A stretch of 64,000 nt of DNA from Octopus vulgaris. Lineage: Eukaryota. Below, one piece after another: positions 12,486-25,990 of this stretch (positions within the stretch are counted from its first letter, which is position 1; each line of letters begins with the position of its first letter). The stretch lies in contig OX597820.1 in the NCBI GenBank assembly GCA_951406725.2, positions 69,688,001 to 69,752,000 on the forward strand, in the 5' to 3' direction. The notes below the pieces were generated by a model that was not told where the DNA came from, did not search any database, and worked only from the letters and a program-made list of their open reading frames with translations. A program made the translations under genes and the position numbers.

Positions 12486-13001
12486 TATATATATATATAT
12501 GTGTGTGTGTACATGCATAAGTACGCGTGGTAAAACCGAAAATAGATCATTATGAAATGCAACCAGAGGCGAATTACTTGTGGTTTAGATATTATTCATT
12601 TAAGGCTTTTAGTCTCACCTAATCGAAATTAATCAATTTTTCATTGACTGCAAGACTGCGAGACTCAGAAACAAATAACTTTAGACTTAGGAAGAGACAC
12701 AGTCCCGTAAGTCCTTTCACATTGATTAGCAAATGCTGTATGTATGTATGTATGTATGTATGTATGTATGTATGTATGTATGTATGTATGTATGCATGTA
12801 TGTATGTATGTATGTATGTATGTATGTATGTATGTATGTATGCATGTATGTATGCATGTATGTATGTATGTATGTAAGCAAGTATGTATACACAAACAAA
12901 CATACATTACAATAGATACATGCATATATGTGTGCGTGTATGTGTACGTGTGTGCACGTGTGTGTTCGTATATATCTACACATACATATATGCATATATA
13001 T

Positions 13002-13043
<42 letters not shown>

Positions 13044-13140
13044 GTACATATATGTATATATTCAGATGTATGTAGGTATGTAGATAAATATATTACCCTG
13101 CATGTGGGTACACGAGTGTACAAGTGTGTATGCGTGTATA
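12100..13140. repeat. Microsatellite cluster (TA)n, (TATG)n, (CA)n
   Basis: Direct reading; unique spacer ~12520-12735. Confidence 0.95.
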
Positions 13141-13262
13141 GGTGTTGATGTGAGTGGGCCGTATGCTGTGTTTATGAGTTTGTGTGAAAAAGAAAATGAA
13201 GGTATAGTGAAAGCACGTGGTTAAAAGAAGAAAATGCATTTAGAGTTCACTTCAACGAAAGA

Positions 13263-13263
<1 letters not shown>

Positions 13264-13347
<84 letters not shown>

Positions 13348-13348
13348 G
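13264..13348. repeat. (AAT)n microsatellite
   Basis: Direct reading. Confidence 0.98.
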
Positions 13349-14046
13349 TAATCAGTTGTTAGATTTTAAAGAAGCATTCATTATTACCCAGCGAATAACT
13401 TTACAATTGGCGTTCATTCATGCATGAATAATCGACGCTGATCTGTACATTTAGTTACCATGAAAAATACCTTTGCCAAAAGCTCTATGTGCAGGCAGCT
13501 TTGATTGTGTTTTTTTTTCTTTACCTTTTCGTTGTCGTTTTGTTTTGTCTTTATTTCATGCCCTCTAGACACTTTTAAGAAGGTAATAAGTGTAGGCTTA
13601 AGTGCTACTTGGCCAAGAGCACATTGAACAAACACAAAGCACCTGAACTTACTTGACTGAAATATAATCATAAAGATTATCATTATCATAGTAAGAATCA
13701 TAACCATCACCGTTATTATAATCATTACTATCCATTACTCTTGTTATTACCGAGTCTGTTCCTGCTCTTATTTTACCCTCTGATTTCAGTGAGTTTTTTT
13801 TTTTTTTTTTTTTAAGGTAAAGTAAACTATCAGGTCGGCTTAGAATACAATGTGGTTCGATTTCTGATATGACTCATTTTAATTAAGGCAATTTATATGA
13901 CTATAGATCTTCCAAAATGTGTAAATGAGTTACAAACCAATTTTTCATTTTCCTTTCAATGGGAGACGCTTTGTGTATAAGCAAGAGAGAGGGCTATTGT
14001 TATGGTGGAATATAAATACATAATTTTTAATAATTTTTTATAGTAA

Positions 14047-14115
14047 GGCCGTGCTCCAGCATGGCCGCAGTCAAATGACTGAAACAAGTAAAAGAGAGTA
14101 AAAGAGAAAAGAGTA
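14047..14115 (+). mobile_element. SINE family A 3' terminus only
   Basis: gtgctccagcatggccgcagtcaaatgactgaaacaagtaaaagagagtaaaagag. Confidence 0.85.
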
Positions 14116-14139
14116 AATTTTATTTCATATATATTAAAA

Positions 14140-14480
14140 TAAAACGACTTTGTTGCTCAGGTCCGTTAGATCTTCAGCAACTTCAATAAAACACAAAAGT
14201 TCGAAACAAATTTTAGGCACATTTAAACAAGTTTGCAGTAGCGGCAATAATGTCGACGATAGTGGAAGTTTTCCTTCTACTCTCCTTTGCAGTAGACGGA
14301 AAACCTTTAGATGTTTGTAACACCTCATAAGTGTTACCTTTGTCTGTACCCTTTACTACTAGAAAGTGTTGCAAGTCACTTGACAGAGTTATCAGGCCCG
14401 GGATGGCTTTGTTGCTTTCTAGATTCACTTAGATGAATAGTTTCATCTCTGTGTCCGAACAATTTTTGTTTTGTAGCCGA
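14140..14480 (-). mobile_element. Non-LTR retrotransposon ORF2 relic (region just upstream of RT)
   Basis: Fragments SNKA(I)PGPDN, GFPSTAKES and LLQTCL echo KAPGPD / FP..WK.S / YRPISLL; heavily decayed. Confidence 0.45.
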
Positions 14481-14789
14481 TTTTCTATTTTTCTGTATCA
14501 AGCATATCGCCGCTACTAGGCAGCGCATGTCGCACACATTAATACATCATACTGTCAGGCTGAGGTAGGTCAGTATGAGGATCGGTTCGCCACTCTTTAG
14601 GAATGTTACAGAATGTTTCCTGGCTTCAGTGGTGAATCAAAGTCACAAATCTGACCATAACCGTACCGAATCTTATACCTCAAACAATGTATGAAATGGT
14701 GCGCTAATTTCATCCAAGACACTTTTCAAACTGGGTTTGTTTCGCTTGCACTGCTTTCCTGTAATTATGTCCTATATAAATATATAGAG

Positions 14790-15144
14790 AGATTATGTAG
14801 AGGTTCCTATTTTGGTGTACGCAGCAGAAAGCACGAACCACAACTTGATTTATGTTGGTTGTACTACAGAATAATTAAACAAAAGATTTAGTGGGCACAG
14901 ATATGATCTCAGGTACAATAACAGTAGTTCAACAGGACTTACCGAACATTTTGCTTCAAACAGCTGCAATTTTGAAAAACATATGAAAGTGCATATTCTC
15001 AGAAAATATTCTGAATCTGCTACACCTTCAGTACTCAAAATGTATGAGGAGAAATATGTTTCCGGGTTATTAACATCACGTCCTGATGGCATGAATAAAA
15101 TGACAGGAGAATTTCATCAAATTTACACAAAACTGTTTGATTAA
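14790..15144 (+). mobile_element. Penelope-like element GIY-YIG endonuclease fragment (pseudogene)
   Basis: Frame from 14812: LVYAAESTNHNLIYVGCTTE*LNKRFSGHRYDLRYNNSSSTGLTEHFASNSCNFEKHMKVHILRKY...MYEEKYVSGLLTSRPDGMNK...LFD*. Has VY..YVG.T, R..H, HF, E and P.G.N motifs; one internal stop. Not in the ORF track. Confidence 0.88.
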
Positions 15145-15409
15145 ATACTCTTCTTCTTTTTCCATCCTTTTTTTTTAATTATTTTCTTTTTTATCTTTGC
15201 CAGTTGTAAAACTGAACTTTGAAGACTAATGAGATCATTCCATCAACGTATGGACGCTGGTTACTCTCGTTCAAATTTTAGATTTAAATTTCTATACTTT
15301 TGAATTTTTATCACTTTTCATTTTGAACTCGACAAAGACAAGCTTGCTGTCGAAATATCCTTCAACCAATAAAATATCAATTGCAATCGCATCGTGTTCT
15401 TTGTATTGC

Positions 15410-15480
15410 ATAATAATAATGATAACAACAATACTAATAAGGATAATAATAATAAGAAGAAGAAGAAAAAGTAGTAGTAA

Positions 15481-15513
<33 letters not shown>

Positions 15514-15550
15514 AAGTAGTAGTAGTAGTAATAGTAGTAGTAGTAGTAAT
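15410..15550. repeat. (AAT)n/(AGT)n microsatellite
   Basis: Direct reading. Confidence 0.95.
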
Positions 15551-16029
15551 CTGCAAAGCCCGTTGAATTGACTGTAACTGTTTAAATAAGACAGATCTCC
15601 GTCGTTCCATTTAAATACACAGTCAAGTCTTTTGGCGCCTTTATGGAAGGTAAACTATTGCAAACATTCGTGTCCACATCTCACTGGTCTGGGGATCACT
15701 TGCGTCATTGTTAGCACAATTTGTAACCCCTTTAAGGGGTAGGATGACTACCCTTCGTTTACTTGACAAAACACAAAAAGGACAAAATCCTCAGAGCATA
15801 AGACCGAAGTAAAATTTCTTGCATTGATAAAATGAAGTCTCAGTTAAACACTAGTGTCAATCAAATCGACTTATTGTGTCTTCTCAAATCTTTCTATATT
15901 AGGAATCAATTATCACAAACGGTTGAATCCCAGAAAAAATTACTTTTAGCATTAGGACATAACGATTTAAAAAGTTTGAATTCAAATTTTCCGGTACGTA
16001 GTACATAGTTTTTCTTACGATGGAGGTGG

Positions 16030-16490
16030 AAAACATATTTAATCCTGCTATAAATGGAATACTATAGCAAGCCTTATATTCCTGCTTTTTAACTCTCATC
16101 GAATCAGGTTCCTTTCCTAGTTTCTCAAATACACCTCTTATCATTACCCCCATTAGTGTCATTTTGAATGTTTCAAATTCGCTGCTTATACAGAATAATA
16201 TAAACTTGGTCGCTTATTGAAAGATATCTAGGATCAGAAATTGTCAAACAATTCACTCTATTAATATTTACTATACTATGTGGGATATAAATGAAAATAT
16301 ATCTTCATTTGTCTAGAATATTCTCACTTCCCATGTAAGTCAATCCTAGTAAGTTGTAAACATTATCTTGAATCAACTAAATCAGATATTTTCCACTCCT
16401 GGGCAAAGATCTTCATTGCATTTCTCCATAATTTTACATTTTGTTTCTGATATTCAATTTTGATTTTGTTTCCAACTTTCGTCAAATATT
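16030..16490 (+). mobile_element. Possible CR1-like LINE relic
   Basis: LTLIESGSFPSFSNTPLIITPI resembles the SL..G.FP..WK.A.ITPI motif; the rest is barely recognisable. Confidence 0.35.
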
Positions 16491-16743
16491 TTCAGTTTCA
16501 CCGCCACCCCATTTTCTTCCTCGTCGTCCCCTGTTTCTCTTGCAGAATCTCAGAATACAACCTGTCAGCTTTTTTATTTCCTTTTTCTTTCTGCCTATTT
16601 GTTATGTCAAATACCAATTTATAACGATGCTGTTTATTTAATAATTACACATAACACTTTAATCTGATTGACTTAATTCTCCCTCTCCAAAGATTTTGTC
16701 AGATATCATTTTTGCTCCATTTTAAACTACAAATATATATTCA

Positions 16744-17188
16744 CTAGCAGTATAGCCCAGCGTTGCTCGAGTTTGTTTTTTAGTTGCGCTTAAAACGGGC
16801 AGACTTTGATGTCGCGTTAACAAAGTTTTGACATAGTTTCAATCTTTTCTGAAAAGTAAAAATTTTGCATTACGTAGCTTTTTTATTCTCTTTAAGTGAA
16901 CATTTTCTGGTTGAAATATACCGAAAAATGGCGACACAGCTGTCAAAAAATCGTAAAACATAGGGACTTTCATAGAAAAAGAGCACTTTTTTTTATGTAA
17001 GTAATTTTTGGTCTTAGCATGGTCCGATTTGAATTTTTTCTTCTACGGAATGAAAAGCAAGCCTTCTTTTCTCTCAATTTTGGTCAACTTGCGCCGCAGG
17101 GTCTCGGAGGAGATAGTGTTAGTTGAAGGCTACCAAACCTGCCACACACACACACACATACAGACAACTTCAGCTTTATATGTATAGA
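16744..17188 (-). mobile_element. Complete non-autonomous Helitron (445 bp)
   Basis: Minus strand starts A|TCTATACATATAAAGCTGAAGTTGTCTG, has a short (TG)n, and ends with hairpin ctcgagcaacgctggg-ctatactg-CTAG|T. Inserted in AT with no TSD. Confidence 0.92.
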
Positions 17189-17677
17189 TTATATTGTTTC
17201 CTCAAACTTCTATTTTATCAGAAGCATTTCTTTCTTCGCTAAATACAGAAGAATGTTTCTGCAAGTCAGTTACCGATCGAGTCGAATGTGAATTAATTTC
17301 AATATCAGTGTTTATACTTTCAGGATAATAAAAACATTGCACTGCAAAGTTCTTATTCATATAAACCAAAGGCACGCTTGAGGGCACCGTGACTTCACAA
17401 TGAAGCAGCAAATGTTAAGTGTTGTGTGTTTAAAGTTGTCGAGAGAAATAGAATATTTAAACCAACTAGAATAAGTAAGAGTAAGAATATGATCAGTCAT
17501 CAGAAACATTATGGATGATGCAATCGCGGTCTAATATAATTCATTATACTGAGTGTGGGAGATATTTGAGAACATCTTTGGTAATTTGATAAAACAACTC
17601 TAATCTAATGAAACTAAGAGTATTTTAATAAACAAAATTTGTGCACATACTATCGTTAAAGTTATTTTTTTATAAAA

Positions 17678-18428
17678 TTATTCTATGAATCTGCCTTCGG
17701 CTTCGATGACTGCTTCAATACTGAATCGGAATTGTTGACATACTTGCGCTAAAGGGACGTTATTCCTATCAGACATCACCAGGACAGTGGCGGCCTCCAG
17801 TAAATCTATATTATTGCGAAGTTGTTGAATAGTCTCTTTTATAACAATGCTCCAAACGTACTGGTCGATGAGATTTAAATCTGATGAGATTGGAGGCCAT
17901 AACTTTGGTGTTGCTTGATCAAAAAAATTGTCCAGCATCCATTCTTGGGTTAAATGATCTCTGGGAGAAGGTTTTATGTCTTGTTTAAATATGTATAACC
18001 TTCTACTGTCCTACTTCATCCACCCAAAATTTAACAACCATCCCCAGCATTTCAGTGCATCAGCAGCCTTAATTCTAAGATTCTGTGGAAAGATGAGAAG
18101 TGGCATTACCATTGCTACTCACCACTTCTAAAGTCATCTCAGTTGCAGAAAATTTAGTGTGCCTCATTCTAAGAACATTGGAATGCTCTGCACATAACCA
18201 TCTGTTATTTTTATACTTATATTCTTGGTCTTGTCGAAGATTTTTCTGATTATAGAGAACTAAAGTATGCCATATTCGCGAGGATTTTTAACTTTGCCAA
18301 GTAACCGTTGTTACCGATAAAACACTTTTCCTAGTTCTTTGCAGATAACAGTCGGCATCCTTTCAGCATATACGACTTGTGTAAAATATTCTTGTTCCCT
18401 ACAGTTCTGATGTCTACACCGAGACCTG
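17678..18428 (-). mobile_element. Tc1/mariner DD37D (maT-type) transposase pseudogene
   Basis: NNRWLC, HTKFSATEMTLEVVSSNG, then in frame YIFKQD-IKPSPRDHLTQEWMLDNFFDQATPKLWPPISSDLNLI-D (37 residues between the 2nd and 3rd Asp, counted by hand), ending IEAVIEAEGRFIE*. 5' part interrupted by a SINE. Confidence 0.9.
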
Positions 18429-18437
18429 AAGATGTTA

Positions 18438-18660
18438 TTGTGTCTGTGTTTGTCTCATACAACCACTTGACAACCAGTGTTTGGTGTGTTTATGTCCCTG
18501 TAACTCAGCAGTTTGGCAAAAGATGCCGATCGAATAAATACCGGGGTTAGAAAAGATGAAAAATTACTGGGGTCGATTCGTTCGACGAAGATTCTTTAAG
18601 AAAGTGCCCCAGCATAGCCGCAGTCTAATGACTAAAACAAATATAACATAAAAGATAAAA
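18438..18660 (+). mobile_element. SINE family A-related 3' half
   Basis: cacttgacaaccagtgtttggtgtgtttatgtccctgtaac...ggggtcgattcg...cccagcatagccgcagtctaatgact. Confidence 0.8.
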
Positions 18661-19059
18661 GCCGTATATGAACTATACAAAAAAAAACTATTTAAACAAA
18701 TTAAAGACAGTGGTATGATTACAATTGAAATGGTTGTAGAAAGCTACACCCAATCTCTTGCACGTGCTTATCTGTTGTTGTTGTTGATGTTCGTGGTTGT
18801 GGTGGTGGTGGTGGGGATTTTGATGGTATACTTTTCTTCTTTTTTACTTTTTTTCTTTTGCATTGTATTATATGTATATTTTTTTGTTCTTTTTTTTTTG
18901 TCGGAGCTTGCGTGCCTGGGTCTCGGTGTTTCATGAAGGTTGAGACATCAAAAAAGAAAAAAAAATTGGGAGAAAATCTGTGTTGGGCTCTATAGTCAAT
19001 TATGGGGCACTGTGACAGGAATTTGAGAGTGTGAGTCACCTAGAGAAGATGGTCGATGT

Positions 19060-19348
19060 GCAGAGAGAGAAAGAGTTAAAGACAGAGGGGAGGGGGAGAG
19101 GGAGAAAGGGGAGAGAGAGAGGGAAAGTGAGAGGGAGATTGAGAGGGAGAGAGAGAGAGAGCGCAAGTAAAAATGAAACAAAACAACACAAGATAGAGAA
19201 AGAACGGAGAAGAACAGGAAGAAGAAGAAGAAGAAGAAGAAGAAGAAGAAGAAGAAGAAGAAGAAGAAGAAGAAGATGATGCTGACGATGATTGTGAGAG
19301 CGAGGGTGAAAAGAAAACAGAAAGGCAAAGAACAAAAAGAAATACGAA

Positions 19349-19402
<54 letters not shown>

Positions 19403-19518
19403 TACATATACACATATACATATATACACACACACATATATATATATATAATACATATATATATACATACATATATATATTTATATATATAAATATATAT
19501 ATATATACATACATATAC

Positions 19519-19581
<63 letters not shown>

Positions 19582-20536
19582 TACTCAAAGTAAAAGTTTA
19601 GAACTGTAGAGAGAAAAAGGAATCTATATGGAAAAACTAAAACAAAGAAAGAAGGAAGGAAACAGCTAAAAAAACAAAGATCATACAAAAGAAAGAAAAT
19701 AAAAATAAATAGAAAGAACGAGAGTGAAGAAAAAAGAGGAGAAAAAAGGACAAAGAAGAAAAGAAGGAAAGAAGGAAGAAAGTGGGTGGGGAACAGAAAA
19801 GAAGAATAAAGCAAAGGTGGGTAATCTGGTGGAATAATTGTTTTTGAGCCATTGTAGAGGGGGTGGAGAGGAAGAATTTTAAAAAAATAACGGGAGTGGT
19901 GGGGTGAGTAGGGTAACTATAAAAAAAAGGGATGAGGGCAGAGCGATACGGTAAGGCGACGAGGCACGAGGTAAGACATAGGGTAGCTGATAGTCCACCA
20001 CCGCTACCACCACCACCACCACCGCCACCACCACAACCACAATAATAATAATCTTCGTCGTTGTTGTCATCATCATCATCAACATCATCTTCATCATCAT
20101 CATCATCATCGTCATCATCATCATTATAACGATCACCATCCTTACCATCGTCATCATCATCATCATTATTGTCATAATCTACCAGGTAATATCGTCAAAT
20201 TTCAATACCATTTTCTTATCTTTATCTCGTATCTCTTCAATCTTTTTCTTTATAATTTGTCTTCTTTTCACCTTTTTTTTTTTTGGTCTTTCTTCCTTCA
20301 TTTCTTTCTTTCTTTCATTCTTACTTTCTTTTTATCGTTCTTTCTTTCTCTTCTTTTTCACCTCCACTCTTTCACACGATTTATCTCTCTAACTAATCTT
20401 GCCATCCGTCCCTGCATAGTATTTGCCACCATCAACCCACCCCCCAACTCCAATGATACAGTTCTTTGTCTCAACAACTATTTTAGACCACCTCACTCTA
20501 GACTACACACATATCTTTTCACTTTCAACTCACCGT

Positions 20537-20598
<62 letters not shown>

Positions 20599-20723
20599 TT
20601 ACAAACACACATCTAAACAAACAACATATATAGGTCTACTTGCATGTTCATACATACAGATGAAAGCAAGTACATAAACGAACGTAAGACACACACACAT
20701 TTATATATAAACACACACACATA

Positions 20724-20767
<44 letters not shown>

Positions 20768-21144
20768 TGTGTGTGTGTATATATGCATACATACACATAG
20801 GTATGTATGCATATATATAAACGGACACACACACACACACATATATATATATATCCATGTGTGTGTATGTAAGTATGTATGTATGTATGTGTGTGTGTAC
20901 GCGCAGAGAGCGGAGGAAGAAGAAAAAGACCTCGCTAAAGAATATACAAAAGCAGACATACATAGGATATAATTAGCGCACACATAATTCCACACGCATG
21001 TAATTACTAGCACCTTTCTTAAACATCTATATATATAATTAGTAGCGTTGCACGCACGCTGAGCTGCATACTCACACATACTCTTATGAAAAAAAATCTA
21101 TATTCATGCACACCCACAGACAATTGAATACGTATGATATACAT

Positions 21145-21206
<62 letters not shown>

Positions 21207-21438
21207 GTGTATGTATGTATATATATATATACATATACATATAAAATACGGACATGTATGCATACATATTAATACTTGTGTGTATACACATACATAAACA
21301 TATATGTGTGTGTATATATATATATACATATATATGTGTGTGTGGGGGTGAGAGTGTGTATGTATATGTATATATGTATATATATGTATATACATATGTA
21401 CAGACAGATATATATATATATATACATACTACTAATGG

Positions 21439-21474
<36 letters not shown>

Positions 21475-22080
21475 ATGTATGTATATATAAACTCTGCATA
21501 TACACATATACAGGTTTTCATAAGCATACCATCAAATACATGTACACATAAAGACATACATCCACATGCACACGCCTCATGCACACACACACACACACAC
21601 TCACATATACACACACATACACACACGCGGAAACAGTGATAACCACATATCTACTTACCTGCCTATTATAGTTTCCACTGACTCATTCATTTACTAGAAT
21701 TAAAGAATTCGCGTGACAGAATTTATATATTCTTTCATGCTTCTTTGATATTAAATATAGAACTGAGAACAAAGTCTACAAAAAAAAAAAAGAAAATTCA
21801 TAAAAGACATATAACAAAAACATTTTTTTAAAAAACCGTATCTCAGAATACGCACATGTAAAAAAAATTGACAAGTCTACAACCTTGGTAATAAAATATA
21901 ACTCTTTCTGGAACTCTGTAGACCACTCTCGTCTTCTATAATCAGTAGACGGAGTTTTTTGTTTTTTTTAGTTCAGTTAACGAAAGACATGATACTAATA
22001 GAATCATTTCGTTTATTGTGAAATCCATTATTATCACTCTAGTTAGTAAAACTTGTGCAGGGGCAACTATAGTCACTCAA

Positions 22081-22135
<55 letters not shown>

Positions 22136-22260
22136 CACGCACACACACGCACATACATAAGCACATACGTGCATACATTCTGTCTTTCTCTCATTATTTA
22201 TATATATATATATATATATATATTTATAGAGAGAGAGAGAGAGAGAGATAGAAAGATAGA
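19060..22260. repeat. Extended low-complexity/microsatellite field (GA, GAA, TA, TG, CAT, CAC, CA)
   Basis: Direct reading; short unique spacers between arrays. Confidence 0.9.
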
Positions 22261-22667
22261 TAGTTTCAGATTAATTAGGTACTTAAGTTGAGGCACCAGA
22301 ATTTAGTACAGTATTATCCATACAGTTTCAAAATAAGATGATTAAAATCAAAATAAGCAACAGGATATCCAGAGATAATGCAGTACCATCGTTTCAAGCG
22401 ACTCCATTTAATTGAACAATGCAACTATTACATCAATTTAAATGCAGAGCACTCCTCAGCTGCATATATATATATAAATGGCGGTGCCCCAGCATGGCCA
22501 CAGCTCATAAGCTGAAACTAGAATCAATCAATCAATCATATATATATACATACATGCACAAACACGCCCACACCCCACACACAATGTATATATGTTTATA
22601 TACGTATATATGTGCGTGTGCGCTCGCTCGCATAAACATTCGAATATCTGCGTGTGTTTGTTTATAA

Positions 22668-22722
<55 letters not shown>

Positions 22723-23117
22723 TCATTGGTATATACATTATATGTATATACCACACACAAAAACACACACACACGCACGCACATACGCGCACACACATAC
22801 ATATACACATATACTATTTGTTAATGTTATCGCTACAGATTTTCTATAAAGATTATAGCCAGCACTGAATTTTTTACGACGTTTCGTACCCGAGGCTCCA
22901 AATGTAAATTAACAATGAGATCTAAACTGAAAAATGAGTAAAAAGCGTATTTGACAGTTCAGGGGATTTTTGCTCCTTTATCAGCACCCATCCAGCTCAT
23001 TCATTGATCATCTACGAACTCATTGCTTAAACAGCCACTATATACAACGGTGTAATTTTATTGTATGAACCAATTTTACATATTAAACACATTCCTGCAA
23101 GCTGGTTCGTAAATAAT

Positions 23118-24004
23118 AATGACTTGTAGCGACATGGAATTTCGTTATACAACCATGATGTGCTACAAAGTATATAAAACGTTTTTATAAGTCAATACCG
23201 TGTAGTATATTAGTATATTAGGATTATATTATGGTCGTCTCATATCTAATCCATAAAATGAAGAAGGCGAACGTTGATACAAATTGGATTTTTATGTAAA
23301 AAGGGGTCTAAATGGGGCTGGAAGGCGATTAAAATTTACGGGAGGGGGTAACTTGAGGTGAGAAATTGTTTGGGAGACGTTTTGGGGCGCTACAGTGGTT
23401 GCTTTGGTGGAATTTTCTTTTACATCATATTCAAAATTTTGCGCCAGCCGTTAAACTGCCAGTACGTTGCTGTCCGTCATTAAGAAGTTTTGAATCTCCG
23501 CCATGGTGAGTCTACTATCCTGAGATTCTATCCCTTCAGACTTTAGTTTCCAATATTTATTTATTTTTATTCAGCTCGCAAGTTAGTTTGTCCCTTTTAA
23601 ATGTTAGTGTTTTGCTGTCCGCCTCGAAGCAGACCTTTCCGTTGTCACTGCCTGATAGTTATGATTGATCTTCCAAAATATTTTCTTCCTCAACTTACTC
23701 AAGATCTTTTGTTTTTTATAAATAGGAGAGAGATAGACAGAGTAACATAGAGAGTAAGAGAAAGCGAGGAAGGGTCCGAGAGAAAGGAAGAATACGAGAG
23801 TGGGAAAGTGAGAGAGAAAGGAGAGAGAAACAAAGAAGGAGAATGTGGCGATAAGAAACAGAAAGGAAGCAACAGAAAGTAACAACCACACCCCCACCCG
23901 CGCGTAGAGTGGGTCATCTTAAGCTAGTTGTAGTATTTTATGGTCGTCGCATATTGTAGTATATTATGGTCGTATAACAAAATACTGTGACCCTACAAGT
24001 TATT
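23118..24004. mobile_element. Old non-autonomous DNA transposon/MITE with ~45-bp degenerate TIRs
   Basis: 23122-23165 reverse complement vs 23956-24000 matches at about 35/45; subterminal motif (gtag)tatattatggtcgt recurs near 23225, 23931 and 23956. Confidence 0.6.
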
Positions 24005-24074
24005 CATAAGACTGATATATAGTACCATTTCGTTTTGATTTTTTAGGCATGAACTTGCTATAATAATCGTTACA

Positions 24075-24250
24075 AATTTTGGCTCAGTCGATTACATCGA
24101 CCCCAGTGCTCAATTAGTACCTATTCCATCGACCCCGAAAAGATGAACAACGTCGATCTTAGTGAATTTTGAACTCAAAACGGAAAGTCGGGCGGAATCC
24201 CGCTAAACATTTTGCCCAGCATTCTGACGATTCTTGCCAGGTTATCACCT
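24075..24250 (-). mobile_element. SINE family B
   Basis: gtcgattacatcgaccccagtg...atcgaccccgaaaagatgaa...tttgaactca...cgctaaacattttgcc. Confidence 0.85.
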
Positions 24251-24666
24251 GAATGAGGTTGCTAAAATACCATTAACAATACCACACTGCTTGGAAACTG
24301 AATCTGGAATTGTTGCTGCTGATGATGTCATTTGTTCTTGTATAACCTTATGCCAAATCGGGTCGTGCAGATTCCTGTTTCATATATGCCAGCTGTGACA
24401 ATTCCATTTTCTCAAGCACTCGCTATTAAGATTCCTTTATCCAGTGCTTCGCTAATGATGACTTACGAGACATTACATGTACCGATTTCTTTCCTTTTAC
24501 TGGCCATACAAATTGTGACAATTATTCTCGCTATCCAGCGAATGGACTTTCTTGTTCACTAAATTATTTTTCCTGGATAGTATTTTTCATTCGTTACTAG
24601 TATTATTTTGAAATTCTAAATGTATTTATTATCATTAAGTATTTAAACCCCTTTTTATTTAATATA

Positions 24667-24962
24667 TGTTTGCTCCTTCTCGAATCATGCCTGGCTCATA
24701 AGGGCCAGTTTTTCCCTGTTTCCTTCACGTATAGGTTCCCCACCTGGACGGGACGCCGGTCCGTCGCAGGTGAGCTGCAACATGCAGGAGGAAAGAGTGA
24801 GAGAAAGTTGTGGTGAATGAGTCAGCCATTACCTTCTGCCAGAGTTGCGTGGAGCTTAGGTGTTTCGTTCATAAACACACACATCGCCCGGTCTGAGATT
24901 CGAACCAGCGATCCCTCAATCGCGAGTCCGCTGCTCTAATCACTAGGCCATATGCCTCCACT
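24667..24962 (-). mobile_element. tRNA-derived SINE family D
   Basis: Minus head ggcatatggcctagtgattagagcagcggactcgcg...ggttcgaatctc (A and B boxes); body shared with 58555-58788; tail shared with 25912-25990. Confidence 0.85.
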
Positions 24963-25464
24963 TATTTAATATATACTTTTTATTATTAGTGATTTTATGG
25001 ATTTCTAGATTCTAGAGTGGCCATGTTGAGACTTTCTCAATAGCTCGTTTGTTTTGTAGTCAGTGACATTAATTTTTTTTTCTTGTGCACTAGTCCTTAT
25101 AAGGCCGGTGACCCCTTTTGCATGGCATATAAGAGACCGCCATCACAATATTCATCCGCAACAGGACACCGATGGGTTGCAGGCCTCGAGGATAGCATTT
25201 CAAGGAGAGGGTTTGTTGATTACATCGATACCAGTACTTGACTGATAACTTATTTTATTTATCCCAAAGAGGTGAAAATGCATAAAGAGACGGAAGAAAT
25301 GTCACTAGCCATTTTTTTCTGATTTGCTAACAATTCTGCCAGCCCACTGTCTGATAACATAGCTTATACTTAATAATTTAGAAACCAGTTCTCCTTCATA
25401 TGTTGTGGGACGAACTATGACGAATTGGTTTATGTATGTATGTATATATGTATGTATGTATCTA

Positions 25465-25499
<35 letters not shown>

Positions 25500-25911
25500 A
25501 GCCCCATTTTCATTGTTGCTGAATATTAAGATATTTGAAACGCTATAATTACATTTAATACAAAATCTGAGATTATATAGTAACACCAAATATACGAAGT
25601 TATTTTTATCAGCGTCTAAAAACCTGTGATTTACAGGTAGCCCTCGCAAGACAAAACCAAATAAAAAAACTCATTGGGTTGCATCACCAATTTGAAAATA
25701 TGTACTGTCTGTAAGTATAATGTAATGTTGTTAAACACAGAAATAAAGACTACAGCACGCACGGGAACTTATTTTATTTATCCCAGTCTTCGTGACTGTA
25801 TTTGTCCATTCATCACTGCTTTGTTTACATCCAATTAACTTGCGGTTCGGCAAAAAACAACGACATAGTAAGTACCGCCACGGTAATTACCGTGGTCCAA
25901 TGACTGAAATA

Positions 25912-25990
25912 AGGTGGAGAACCTATGCGCCAAGGAAACCGGGAAACCGGCCCTTTTCAGCCAGGCGTGGCTCGAGAAGGAACAAACAAC
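25912..25990 (+). mobile_element. SINE family D 3' tail fragment
   Basis: ggtggagaacctatgcgccaaggaaaccgggaaaccggccc...agccaggcgtggctcgagaagg matches the reverse complement of 24670-24745. Confidence 0.7.

Noticed and set aside
13653-13656. 4-nt micro-exon candidate on the minus strand (tttcag|TCAA|gtaagt)
   Set aside because: Weak polypyrimidine tract, not frame-preserving, and plausible by chance in 64 kb; needs RNA evidence.
18715-19060. Possible promoter/5' UTR (TGAGTCA and CACGTG motifs next to a GA tract)
   Set aside because: Short motifs alone are not evidence, and there is no linked coding exon.
24300-24560. APE-like start (EIGTCNV) on the minus strand
   Set aside because: A single short motif; insufficient.
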